Shown in pieces: positions 26,401 to 40,080 of a stretch of 64,000 nucleotides of DNA (position 1 is the first letter of the stretch; every line of letters starts with the position of its first letter). The notes beneath the pieces were generated by a model, which was not told the origin of the DNA, ran no database searches, and saw only the letters and a program-made list of their open reading frames with translations. Source of the DNA: Ophelia neglecta (taxonomy: Eukaryota). The position numbers were made by a program, and so were the translations under genes. The stretch spans positions 77,066,001-77,130,000 of the forward strand of contig OZ260664.1 in the NCBI GenBank assembly GCA_965285935.1, written 5' to 3'.

Positions 26401-28052
26401 ATAGTCATTTTATTGAGACATAAACTTAAGAAGGACGCCATTTCAAGATGCCAGCTTTGGCCAAGATAGTTTGGAGAAGGTCATAGCTCAACCCTTAGGC
26501 TTGTATCGACCACGCTTGGCAGAAATGTGTGATAAAAATATTTATGCAGCATGATTTATGATTACTCAAATTGCTATAAAGTAAAGCTTGGAGATAAAAA
26601 GGAAGTTAAAGGTAGCTGTGTTGCCCTGAACAACTTACGCATACATAAGCAGGTCGTATAGTCGGTGGAGATATTATGTTGGGTTTCCCCAAGCCCAAGT
26701 CAGGATAACTTTTTCGCCAGTCTAACTCGTTCAAGGACTGTTCACAGCTGAATGGCTCTACCGTTGGCCTATTTTGCAAATGAACGTTTACACTAATTAA
26801 GGGATACATCAAGAAAATCTAATGATTTCTTAATTCTACCTCCGTACGCAGACGACCAACTGAGGCGATCTAGCGAGTAGGCAGGGTACTAGACTTGAGC
26901 TAGAACTAAATATTGCATACATAATATTATAGGCATATAGCAGGCAAAAGTGTGAGACGGAGAGATCGCTGAGTATTTGAGTAAAAAGGTGCCATGCTCT
27001 ACCTGATACTTCACTGTAAAAGCCTTCAACTTGCAGATATTGATCGAACAAAACAACACGAATCGAAAAAAAAACACTGACGCCAGTTTGGATGTGCATG
27101 GAGACAATTTCAGGGCCGTTTTTAGACAATAGAAAAGCCATAACGAGCCATATCGATGTCAGCTTTAATGACATCGGAAGGTTTGCGAGGTCAGTGTACT
27201 CCCCGAGGCCTCGGCGCTGTTAGGCCCAGGAGAGGCCTCCGTGCCTCCAAATTATGCCTTTCTGCACGTTCTGTTCCCGTCGCTCGTCACAGGGGCACAC
27301 GACTATCTCACGAAGTAATAGGCTGAGATGTGAGACTAGCAGGAAGAGTGTAGATTTCACCGACTTGGACAAGTCGGCCTTGCCAGGTTAGATTGTCTCG
27401 TGTTGTATTAGCCTTATTACTCCGCTTGTTGAGTCGGATTTAACAAGCCCTAATTGGCCACTTTAGCCCTTGAAGCACGGCGATGTGTGTGTTTGTGTGC
27501 GGAGGACCGCGGGCGATGGGCCCCCCTCAGTCGATTGTCGTCTGCTGGCTGCCCCTTGGGCCCTAGCTAGCCAGCGGGCCACTCCCAGCCCGACCGGGCC
27601 GACCTAATGCAATCTACACACAGTTTTACTGCTTGATTTGCAGAACTAGCTGCTAACGGTGAGCAAACAGTATCAGCGTCATTGGGCTAATACGTCGGTC
27701 GCTCCGTACAGTTTGTTCTGCCAGATTGTCAGAGACTCGACCTGTCTGCAGGCAAGACAACAGCAGCAGGACCAGGCTATCTGGGCAAAGAAAACACCTG
27801 AAAGACACAAGGGGGGAGAAGTCGCAGCTTAAATATCGGCTCCTTTTTCTTGTGTGCACGTCACTACTGAAAGTTCGCCGATAGTAAACGCATGCTTTCA
27901 GGTCGAAATCGAGCCCAACAATTGCTTAGAAGGCTCGGCTTTCGGTCGACGTGTTTTTGCCGCCGCCTGAAACGTTATAGGCCCGTCGTATTTACCGACT
28001 GTTGCCGCACTGTCGCCGTGTCTCCATCGCTGTCTCCGTTATAGTCCCCAAT

Positions 28053-28068
28053 CGATGAATATTCATCG
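28053..28068. promoter_or_regulatory. MORE-type palindromic POU dimer site
   Basis: The 16-bp perfect palindrome CGATGAATATTCATCG contains ATGAATATTCAT, which matches the MORE consensus ATG(A/C)ATAT(T/G)CAT favoured by POU3 homodimers. Confidence 0.5.
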
Positions 28069-28207
28069 TAATAAATTGAAATGGTATCGATGAGACGGGG
28101 GATGGATTTCAAGGTTTTTTGTTTCAAGCTCTCTCTAGTACACACAGAAATAAGTTAAGTGGGGTCTGTTTCCATACAGCCTTCTTAGGCCCTCGGGGCA
28201 TGAAGAA

Positions 28208-28243
28208 GGGGGGTGGGGCGGGGGATGGGGATGGGGTGGGGGG
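28208..28243 (+). other. G-quadruplex-forming G-run cluster
   Basis: Six runs of 4 or more G separated by 1-2 nt loops. Confidence 0.6.
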
Positions 28244-31200
28244 AGAGATCCATAGGCCTTCATTTCCACCGATTCACAGCTCCAAGAGACTGGCCTTATA
28301 GCTTACGTTCGTCTTCTTTTGTATCCTGTTGCTGATAAATTTGCCTGTAAAATTCATCCCGATCGGCGGGAAGAAATGAGATCACGTACACGGAGAGAGG
28401 GTCTGGTTATTTAGCTGGTCGGCCGAGGAGCTCTCAAGCTGTAAAAGCCATCGGTGTGAAGTATTTGATTTCCCAAATAGCGTGCGAGGCACTATGGTGT
28501 CGAACTATATTGCCAACTGATGCTTAAATCCCTCTAAACCGGCTCTCAGTAGCTAGCAACGTCACCAGCAAATCTATAGGTTGGCATACACACCTCAACT
28601 CTCTTAAAGTGGAGGTGACAATCTCTACCAGAGGCTGCTAAATCGAGGCAACAGGGAACATATTCACCCGAACAGATTGACAGATGTGCCTGTCGCATTT
28701 CGGACCAACTTTTCACCTCTATCGGTATTTTAGAAAATACAATAGTCCCTGATTAATGTATTTTCTAGGTGGTCTGAAGTCACCTGGGCGACCTTTTGGA
28801 TTTGTGCGTTGCCATGTATGAATTAGCTACAAAAATGTTCAATAGTTTTACTCAAACCATTCTAGATTGGCGTAGGCCCCTACAGAGCTTTATTGTTAAT
28901 GTCTTGAGGGCTCGGTTTGAAGTCATTTTTCTCCTATTTGGGGAAGTAGGTTTTAAGGCATCGGATTTAATAGCTAACTGCCAAGATTGTAGCCTGTGCA
29001 CTTGTCAGTCCATATTGCCAATCTGAATATAAATTTCTCACCTGGCCAAGAGCGCTTATCATTTGCATAATTAATTGGTGAAAGACCTGTTGTTCCCACA
29101 CTAGAAATCTAACACTATTGCCAAAAGAAATGAATTTGACATCGCCTGGTTCTGTTTGCCAAAACAGTGCATGTCCAGAAGCCAATTGACTTCGATATAT
29201 CTTATTTAATTACTGATTCACATTGTGTCTCACCTCTGAAATTAAATGACCGCGGTAGAAATCGCCTCAGCAAATGTCTTATTTTTAATAGCTTTATAAT
29301 GCTCTGTGTTACCTGTCAAGAAAACGTTGGTATGTTTATGAATAGAAGCATTTCTTAGTTTCTATGCCAGATATTATCACATGCAAGAATACACTGAGAT
29401 ATTGCTCGTGTTGTGATATCGACAAAGTTGATTATATGTACAGTTAGAATCATGTCGGCCAACTTGATTTTCATTCTCACAAGCAAAGGTCAAATGTCAT
29501 CTAACCGCAACATAATCGCCAAGACTATTTCAAAAATAAACACCCATTTGAAAAATACCAGGATTGTCTGTTACTGGGGTTGACCGTTGAAACCAACCAA
29601 TTTATAGCTAATAACTGACAGTAACTATTATTTTCAATTTGCGGTTCTAACTTTTAATTTTCGCCCTTGGAATCTCATTAAGGCATTATCTTTCTTGGTC
29701 CTTTATTTCATTTCAACTTATCGACACTTTGTATTCAATTAAAACCCTTACTTCTAAGATCCCTCGAGAAGGGACGGCGCTTTGAAATGAAAAATTTGAA
29801 ATTCAAATATGCTACCAGTCCTTAATCTTTCTGATTTACCCTTTACTGATCTACAATCTGCATTGTGTGAAGACAATTTGGCACCCTGTTTTAGGTATAT
29901 CACTTGAAGGATGAGCGAAAAATTTGAATTTTACAACCTTAAATTCATCTTTGATGTGTCTACGCGGGCATTCCACGTTAATGAAATCAATTCAATCGTT
30001 TATTCGTAGTTTTGGCTGAAGAAAAACATCATCATTTAAAAATCACTTAAGATTTAACTTGATGTGACATAATGGGATTCTTACACCTGCATATCTAGCC
30101 TTTGATGACCACCGAATCCTCCTCTATAGGTCGCGGTTGGGGTAAAGAAAACAGTATTTGAGAAGATGATAGTAGTGTATAGCGGTCATTATGAGTGGTA
30201 GACACCATTAGATGTCATAAAGTCATTGTCAGAGGGTCGTGAAGCTAGTATGATGATGACACGGGGGACGACACAGTATTTCTCTAATGACTTCTCTCAC
30301 CCGTCCCCTACCACAGCTATACGGGACGTGACACTCGGTGTTAATGAATTGTCTCGGAGAATAGCAGAAGCCCACAAATATTTTTATCACCGGTATTTAG
30401 CGTGCCATTTCTTGTCGGGGGTGTGGGCCCGAATGCTATCAGTCTCGGTTAAAAGGATAAGGAGTGATCGGTTCTCCTTCGGCACCTGCGGAGAAAAGTG
30501 GCATAAGATGGTAACTGCTCGTAAAGGATGGGCCCTATCTATCGGACAATAGCGGCGACTTAGAAAATGACAGGGGGCGAGTGGTAGATGTACTCCCCTC
30601 AATGTGGCTATTATCCACCTCGCCGGGCAGAAGCATTAAGTGAGCGGGGGATTGGGTAAGACCCATAGTGCCCCGCGGGCAATATAGGCAAGGGGGTATT
30701 TAACTCTATACCTCGACTGGCAACCACGAAAAGAGGCACAACAACCAACTGGATAGCTATACGCCTATTATCAAGAAAAGGTCAACGGAAATTGTACTTA
30801 ATAACACCCGTGAATGGCTTGTCTCCAATGTGGGATTTGATTTTTTTTAAACAGGAGCGGCCCCCTTCAAGGAATGGGGTTTCCAATAGTATGGTCTCTT
30901 CCTTATACTATTAGCCTCATTAAAATTCGTGTGACTTTACTTTACATCGAGTGAAGTGAGAGGGGAAATGATCACATTTGTTGCCTGTATCAAACAAGCT
31001 GACCAGTGACACAGCGATAAGCCCATTCCGTCTTAGGCTCTCTTGATAATTAAATCCCTTTGTTCGTCACAAAGTTTATCTCATCATGCTTGAATATGAA
31101 GTTTATCAATTTTACACTGACTATTTTATATAAATATACACGGTCGTGTCTGTTTTCGTATACCTCATATATATCTACATAGGTTTTTATTACCCAATAA

Positions 31201-34200
31201 CTTACGGTTTGTGAAACTTCCGGTTTTCGAATCGTCGTATGTCATTTACTACTTACGGTGTGAGTACAGATAAGGTAATCAAAGCATAACCCAGCTATAG
31301 ATAGATATATTATATGCATGCAAACAAATTATACGCAAGTCTTTTCTCGAAAATAGCGTGGACTTGTTGAAGTAAAAACCAATTCTTGGCTTCGTTGACT
31401 TCTTTTAAATGACTTGAAAGGACCCAGTATAATGTTGCGGCTGGTGTAATATATATATAGGTATATTTTTGTGTGTGTTGGATGTCATTCAAATGAAGGT
31501 AGGCGAGATCAATCCAGATGTAATTGGAGAAAGGAATACGTGAGTGAGAGCTCAGAATCTATACAAAAGTTATTTTTGAACTCAACTGTCACAACAACCG
31601 ACAACTGTCTGCCCAGAACCGTTGGAAGTGAGGTAAAACTGGCCAGAGGTCTCAGGCCTTTTGTCGCAGAACACGCCCTAGCAAGGCTCCCGACCCCTCC
31701 CACCGTCGCCCCTGGGAACATATTGACCAAAGTCGCGTAACACTTAATGGGCATCTCGAAAAGAGATAGTTTTTGAAGTGCTGATGTTCGGATTGATATA
31801 TGAAGCATGATCATGGCATGAAACATCTTTAATTGATCCCCTTTGAGATGGCGAGAAGATGGCTCCAGACCAGGGCCACTGATATAACCTGATGCAAAAC
31901 ACAATAGGCAGTGTATGCAAATGGTTGCTGGGGTCTTTTTATAATTCTCTGTAACGCTATTGTGGCCACGTAACGATATGCAAGGGAGACGGCCCCCATA
32001 GCATTAGAACAATCAGAGAAAGTGCCTTGTATGCCGACAGGAAACGCAAAGGAAGACGGGATACATGAACCGCCAGACGAATGAAGGCTCCGTGCAAGAA
32101 AATGCAGAATGAAATAAACAAGAGGAAGCGGTTTATGCCTGAACACGGCGGGTTTCTAATTGTTATGACACGAGCCCATCTAGGCCGAGCCGTGAAGACA
32201 ATGGAAAGAGGCATCCATTGAATGTTAAGGGAAACATAAATGTCGTATGGCCATGTTTGGCATTCCCGCTCAGAGGTCTGCAGACGACACTGGCAGTTAA
32301 GGCAGATTAGGAATAACGCCGAGCCGCTGTTATAATTAAAAACTATATCGTTTCTTTCGGCCAAATGGTGCTACCGTGGCTGTTTATTGCGTTTTATCCC
32401 AGCTTAATGGGTTCAGTGTATTATTAAAGCCGGGCGAGATTCGTGTCTTGAGAGCCATCCGCTCCTAGATGGTTTCTGCTCCACCGAGTAGATCGCCTTG
32501 CTTTCAATCCCTGCCCGCCATCAGCCGGCTGTTTTAATTACAGACAATCCCCAGCGGTGGTTATCTAAGTTTGTTGTCAACTTTCACAATGGTCAAGCTC
32601 TCCTCGCCACTCCTTTCCTCGTGTCTCCAGAGGCTCGCCATTGTCTCCATTACGACTACCTTGTCTAAACTGCACAGGACACTGTGCCTAAAACATCGTG
32701 AAAGTTTGATGCTCAGGGACCCAGAGAATTGGAAATCAATCCTGGAGAGCATACCCAGGTGAGGCGTAGATTTCGCGCCTACATCGCAGAACCAAACGAT
32801 TCTGACAGCCGAGGTGTCGCCTGCTGCCCGATGGCGCGCTGCAAACCGGCTAACCGCCGCTCCTTTTTCACTCTAGCCTAATAAGGCTAATCAAATAAAG
32901 AAATTGACTTGTAGCGTGTTTGTTACGTGTTTCAAGGCAGTGTTTCGATGAGAGGTTTTAAAGCTGTACCTGCTTTCTTTTCCTGTTCTAAACTAACAAA
33001 CCTTGTTTGTTCAGAAATAGGTCGCCACATCCTTAAACTTCTGCAGGTAGGCAATTTAAGCCAGGATACACGTTTTCTTGGAGGCTACAACTGTGTATTA
33101 AAGTTTAATTCTACATTAAGTAGACTTAAATCGAAACAAAAATAGCTCTAAAAAGGGTGTGAAAAAAGGGAATCCATTGTCATTAGGATGTTGTTCTTCA
33201 GGGAAGACGTGGTTTCATTTGCAAAAAAATAGAAGTCTAGGCTCATCTGGAAGCCATTGTTTTGAGTCAGCCGCCCTAATGTGACAAGGGCTCGTTCTGA
33301 GTGTATCTCTAGCGGTTTGCCTTGTCACAAGACAGAGCCCGAGTCTTTACACCAAATTACCCAGTTGAGTCTGCTCGGAATATATTATCTGCGAGAGTTT
33401 CCTCGGGCGTGTTGGACTGAAAACAGCGTGTCGTCTGCCTACGGTTGGCGTTCGGATTTCAGCCCACACTCGGCAGATGTACGACAGGCACTGGGCAAAC
33501 TCGGGTGACGCAACGGTACACAGGACTGTTTGTTCTCTGGTCATCCCCATTAGCCGGAGTTTACAAACACAGATGACACCTGAATGAGGGTCATCAGCTG
33601 ACTTAGTAGTTGGGATAGCAAATCCATCATCATGTGCCTAACTGACAGGCCAACACGGGACAATAACATCAATCTGGACATTGAACTAAGATGTGTGAAG
33701 TTTAATGCCTCCAACAGTGAAAAGATGTCAACCGATAATTAATTGAGCCTGTTTTTCTTGACTAGCTGTTTACCGTGTTGTCGGGCCCCCGGCTGGTCGG
33801 CTAGAAATGCTCCTTTGATTTGCCAGGTGGCGTAAAACAGTTTTCTTTTTCTTTAAATATTCTAGAGGCCTACGTATCACCAATACCCTAATTCTATATG
33901 TTGGCTCACATCAAATCCCTGATCTTATATTTGCATATCTAGCCAGCCCAGAAAGTGGGCTGATGCGCCCTGCATGTATAAGGCGTGAGGTCCTTGCCCC
34001 CGTGTTTTGAGAAAACAATTGGCATAAGAGAGATATTATGAGGTCGTTTTGCTGGCTGAAGGGTCGGCTTATACCTCGTGACCGATATTGGAGATATTCT
34101 AAGGTCTCGTAAAATTATTGGCGTCCGAGTCAGTGTGAAAGTAGCAATAAGAATCTATTGTCATCGGCCGCTCAGTACTGTGGGTAATCGTTTATGAGTG

Positions 34201-35202
34201 TGGTCAGATATGATTTTATCAGCTAGCTCATCATTATATAGCCTGCCGAGTGCGGGATTGAGGCTTCTTAGGCGGGCCTCGTGACCACAAGTGTCCATTT
34301 GGTGAGAACTTTATAACCTGGCATTATTGTCACCAAACATGGTGATTGTGGGATGTTGTCCAAAACAAACGAGAAGCGTTTTTCAATAAACTCTTGACAG
34401 TAGAGGCCGACGTGTTGAGGCCACTTGTTGGGGAATGTGCCCCTCTAGACTTGGACCTGTCGGGTTTGGCCAGCGGCTTATCTCCCGGGCACACGGGTCG
34501 TCCTTTAGTTATCTCCTGCCCGCTGTTTGAGTAGTACAAGTGGCGGCCGAGTGCCCTTGCTGGCTGGGAGGTGAGCTGGAGACTGTGTCCTGGCCCCCTT
34601 GTCCGCCCGGGAGTGCCAGCACCCCAGTTACCAACCCACTCCCTCAGTATTCGTCTGCCGACTGCATGCAGCAGGCCCGAGCTAATATGCTGTGCCAACA
34701 TTTGCCCACCGTCTTAACTTTCATTCTGCCGTGCTTGCTCGGCCCGGCAAGCCTTCCCCGGGTGTTGTCATTAGGCCGACTAGGTGACATAGGTACACAC
34801 AGAGAACCTCTCGCACCAGATTGCTTTGAGGAAGTTTAAATTTTCATGGGTGAGTCCCGCCTATGGTGACTTTGTGCCGTGTTTGGCCGTCTCCATTGGT
34901 CTACGTTCGGCTCTCTAGCCCTGTTGACTTGTTATCCCAAGCAAGCGTCAGCACTCCTTCCTTTATACACCTCGTGGATAGCAGCACGATCTATCCCGGG
35001 GGTCGTCACCGATCGAACTAGGAAAGAAATTTAAGAAGACATTGCAAACAGACTAGTAATCTTTCCTTTGTCAGGCGTCTGACAGATGCCTGGCTGTCGT
35101 GGCCCAAATTCCACAGGATATGAAAGCGTTTGGTTTGGATCTGGCGCCATTAGATCAATGCAGGGTGTCGCCACATGGCCTAGGCTAATGGCATTTTTAT
35201 CA

Positions 35203-35256
35203 CACCGGATGTGACTTTTACTCCCAAGATGGCGGCGGCGATACGTCATATCCTGT
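35203..35256. promoter_or_regulatory. YY1/Pho consensus site with adjacent ETS-like and half-CRE sites
   Basis: CAAGATGGCGGC (35225-35236) is a full YY1 consensus. ACCGGATGT lies upstream and ACGTCA downstream. Confidence 0.45.
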
Positions 35257-38200
35257 ATTCAAAACGAGACCGGCTGTCTCCCACCTTCTATGACTCAACA
35301 GCGTTTTCCTCTGCCGTCTCCGAATAGTCGTTTGCCAACTAATTCTCTCAGCAAATTAGCTGCTTCCCCGGAGAAGGATTAAATCGTCGTTTATCAAAAC
35401 TTACAGCGCTCGGCTGCTGCCGGGTAGGCCGCCTTTATGCCCGGTTTATCTGGAACAAATATGATGCAATATTATTCGCCAAGAAGACCTCCGATATACC
35501 CACAACATAAATCACCCACTTTGTATCCAATTCAGCTGCACAAGCGGCTTTTAGCGTGCATTAATCCCTTGCAATATCAGAGCATTCAGTACCTGGGCCT
35601 CCTGAATCCCCGGGAGGCGAGCTGATGTGTTTTCCGAATGAAAAGCCAATTTAAGTATATTACGCCAAATAATGAATCTTCTATTTATCAAATTTTCTCA
35701 GACAGCGTCAACCTCTTAGCCCTGAAACTCATTTTTCATATCAGTTTTCCTCGATAGGTACACGAGTAATGGGCAAAAATGACGATTTACTTGTCTATTA
35801 ACGCAGGCCGATAGAGTAGCCATCAGGTTAAGCATGTTAGCAGAAGTGATGATTTATTAATCGCTGCGAGTAAGCGATGATATTTCATCATTTGGAATGT
35901 CCAGAAAGATTAGGGCGGGAAAAATGGGTAGCAGACGACCCATAAGTCCAAAACGAGGCAGAAAAAGCGCTAATTTGAGTGAGGCTCGCGTCAGCTGAGG
36001 TGACTGGATGGTATATGGTATTGTAGTCGATAGTAGGGTACTTATACTACCACACCTTCCCACCCATAGTCTTATGACATGGAACATCCATAAAGGCACA
36101 ACTTGGGTAACTTCAGATCATAACACACCCATTTAAAATACTCTTTATACAAGGTATAAAATGACCAATACTACTGACTAGCAACCATGAAAAATAGAGT
36201 AAAAAGTGAACTAAAACAGATGAAGACATCCATCGTTGCGGTCGTGACATGGCTACTAGAAAAAATAGAAATTAACTGTAACACGGGAAATGTTGGCGAA
36301 CAGCAAGGGTAAGCGATTGGCCTGACTGCCGGGAATTTCGGGAATGTTTCCCGTGCGAACATTGAATATTGAGGAATGTGAGCCATTTGAAGTCGTTGAA
36401 GACTAGAAGCAAAACTTAGATCATTTCCGGTGGCTGATTATGACTAAATCTGAAATCGTGCACATTTCGTAGCGAGTACGTATACAAAGTTGCAGCAGAC
36501 GACATGTGGCACAGGACAATGCTAATAAATAAATTTATTAGGCTGTAAGGTTAAACTGATAAATAATCAGATATGTGAAATAGTGGCCGAACATGCACAG
36601 CTTACAACAACAAATAGGCCTAGTAGTTAATGTGTGCGGAATAAAATTACAAATTATTGACGTCATGGATATATACACTTTTCATTTTGGGTCAATAATA
36701 TACCCTTCATGAAATCAATACTATACTCTCGTTCTGATGAAGTAATACTGTGTGAATAAATATGTAAATCATTAATCAATTTATTAATATTAGCTAAGAA
36801 GGCCTATATCGATTTTTTCCCTTGAGTGTTTTATTTTCGTAGGTACTAGCTAGATGCAATTCATCTGTGCAATACATTTATAATAAACCACACTAGATAT
36901 ATGCCTATATTATTTATAAATGAATAAATTTGACAGTTTGTGGCAAGCATCCTTATACGCGACTAGGTTAAGTGCAAGTTTTTTTTATCCTGCTCCGACC
37001 CGTATGAGCAAATGGTTAGAAACTTCCAGGCGTAAGCCTTGACAAAGAGATAGCACGGATATAACATGTATGAGGGGACATTATACATTTAGAATTGGGA
37101 TACGGGAAAATATTGAATGAAAAATGCTTAGTCTTTTATTGCACAGTATACCAATTGGACCGCGACTATTCTAAATACGGATCAAAGTGTTTTTTTTCTA
37201 CTCGTCAAACCTATACCACAGTCGTGATTAACAGGTAACAAGGCACCTGGCATTATGTATCGATCAACGTTAAAACACAATAACCACGATTAACAGTGTC
37301 GTGAATTCAATGGCCCAGCCTATTGACGAAAATTTCAAATTTTTTGTTGTTGATAAAATTCAGGTAAACAGGTTGCTTTCTCTTGGCGAAACAATGCCTT
37401 CATATTTCTAGACCGAGTATAGGTCTGTCGTTTTATTCTTTGGAAAAAACTGCCATGACAACGTTTGAACATTGGTAATAGTGCAATCACATACAGCTTG
37501 TAGCAGGCAATATGAATGCATCACATGCACGTATCCATGCATGTTGCCGGAAAGACGAGACAATGCACTTGATAAAAACGAAAATGAATTAAAGGCAGGA
37601 TGTAACTGACATTTGAGTATAATAGAAAAATACAGCTAGCCTCTCTGAAACATCAGGATCCACAAAAAAGCTTTCCCCATTTTTTGGTGACCAAATATGA
37701 CTAATAAAACAAATCAGGTTACCCTCCGGTTATATCCCCGATCATCGCTCACATCTATATCCGGTGTCGGATAAGATGTGTCCCGCAATGGAACAATGTT
37801 TGTGCTCGTAACATCTATTGATTCTCGTCACTGCTACTCTATCGGATTTACTACCAAGTGAAATGATATGTTTGAATACTGTGGCCAATTGATTGTGATC
37901 GTGTTGGCAGGACCACGTACAGCACACGCGGGTAAGAAATACAAGCGTGGTAGTCGTGCTCCCGGATTGTCTCGCCGAGTTAGCACGCTATTTGCCAATT
38001 TGTGAAATGTTCTACATTCAATTATGCCTCTTAAAGCAACCAAACACTTTCTACTGAGTTTGTCTGACACAGATCTACATCGAGGTTTCACTAAAATACT
38101 GCCTGATGGCCCATGACGGAAGAAGCGACACAATAAGTAGTATGGACAAGACAACTTTATGGCGCGCGTTTTCCTCGTAAATTGCTTGGCTGAATTGTCT

Positions 38201-38354
38201 GCGGATTCTGGCGCCATTGGCTCTTCACCGCGCGCATTGATTCGAAATAGGCCCTAAGAGTTCCGGCACTAGTCGATATACTCCAGAAACCTGCCTTCAG
38301 AAAAGCCATTTCGGATCTTCCCTCCAAACACGCACGGCATTCAGGGAGCAAAAA

Positions 38355-38368
38355 TGACGTCACTTCCG
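38355..38368 (-). promoter_or_regulatory. Composite ETS-CRE element in a CpG-rich island
   Basis: TGACGTCACTTCCG is the reverse complement of CGGAAGTGACGTCA, the overlapping ETS/CRE promoter motif. The surrounding 38100-38620 is CpG-rich. Confidence 0.5.
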
Positions 38369-40031
38369 TTTCGACGGGCAGCTGCAATAAAGAATCGACT
38401 ACAGGGGCCCTTAAACTAATTTCATTTCTTGTACAGATTATTTTAAACCGACTTCATAGATTCCGGTTGTCACAATTTGATTTGCTCCGCGGGGTCATAA
38501 TTGCGCACGTACGCGTTTCCTCCAAGGCCCTGAACTTGAAAGATTGACGGAATCAATTTATAATGGGCCGGGAGAGACTGGGCTCGCTGTTGGCTTGTTA
38601 TGGCCTCGAAGGCTCGGAAAACCGTGAGGTGCTTATGAATTGGTATATCCGGCAAGATGAAAGTCACCCCAGACATTTAATTACGGGCAGCGAATTTAGG
38701 AAGTCCGCCTTGGCTGAAAAGCAGAGCACAAATAAGTTAATTTATTTTCGGATTTGCCAATATTTAGGGGAAGTGAAGCGTGGTAATAAAATCCATTGTT
38801 ATTAGTAGAATATGGCTCATGCCAATTAAATTCCCGCCAATATTGCCTTCAACACATGCTGTCGTCTGCTTGTCGCAATATCACTGCGGAATTATTTTGT
38901 AAATTGCGTGCTTTTCCCAAACTGCAGTATAATCAGATAGAAGTTTAAATGGTTCCCCTGTAGATATTAAAGACAAGTAAATTATTTACTCAGTGTAATG
39001 TACATTGATTCTGATATATCGGTAGATGACAGGCCCGTGAGGGGTGGGGTCATAAGGATTGCTTTAACCTGCATGTCCACCATTGTCAAGTATGGATGGC
39101 CGCCGCTGACATTGAGAACAATTTGATAAGCCGTGAAGCCCCTTAGCCCAATGTAAATTCTAGTCACATCCCCTGTAGTCGGCCAAATAGAATTGTCAAT
39201 CGCCTAAATATTAATGAAGCATTAATATTATTCATGAGAAACTGGAGAGAGTTGGGTAGTACAATCGCCATAAAATACGCCAGCAATCGCAATGCATGAA
39301 AACGGGGCTTTCTGGCGATATTTAGTATGTAGGGTATGTTTGAGAATGGCTCAATTCGGCCAGCTAATGTAATCTTTGAAACTGCTGGCTGAATAGATAA
39401 GTACATTGTCGATGGATAAATCCACTTTGCCAAGCCATCCTCCACCATTCAGGATCGGTCAACAAGTTGATGTCATGGCATTAATAGACACTTATGGCAT
39501 ATTACCATGCAGATGGGCAGCATTTTTTGTCATTTGTAATACAAATAAAGATGCCTCGCATAACAAATCAGAAGGAAAGTGTATAAATTCATGAAGGCGG
39601 CATTTGATAGGCAGTGTGAGAGAGGAGGTTGGCAGCAGACGGCGGTTGTGGCTGCTGGGGTAATAACGTGCTCGGGTTCTGGGCGGGAAAAGAGCACCAT
39701 AGGAGGATTACAGACTCACCCTGAGAGGGCAGTTTGTAATATGGATAGCTCAGCTTCTGTGTCAGATCTATTCTATAGTATCTCATTGGATATCTATTGT
39801 CGGCTGCCAACTCGGTCTAAAAACAATGTTTAGATAAACAGGAAATACCATTTTTATTAGGATACTTTTGTTTATGGAGAAGCCGTCAGTAGTTTGGTGT
39901 GTGTAGTAAAGTGACTTGTCAATTTACCGGTTTCACTTTGCTGTAGGATGTGACGGCTCGCGGATAGAGATACAAGAATGCTGAGAGAAGATATCAAACT
40001 TGTGACGTGCTCCACTCAACCTACCATCTCT

Positions 40032-40080
40032 CTATATATATATATGTATATTCATATATATAAGTATATATATATACATA
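40032..40080. repeat. Imperfect (TA)n microsatellite
   Basis: Interrupted TA run. Confidence 0.8.
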
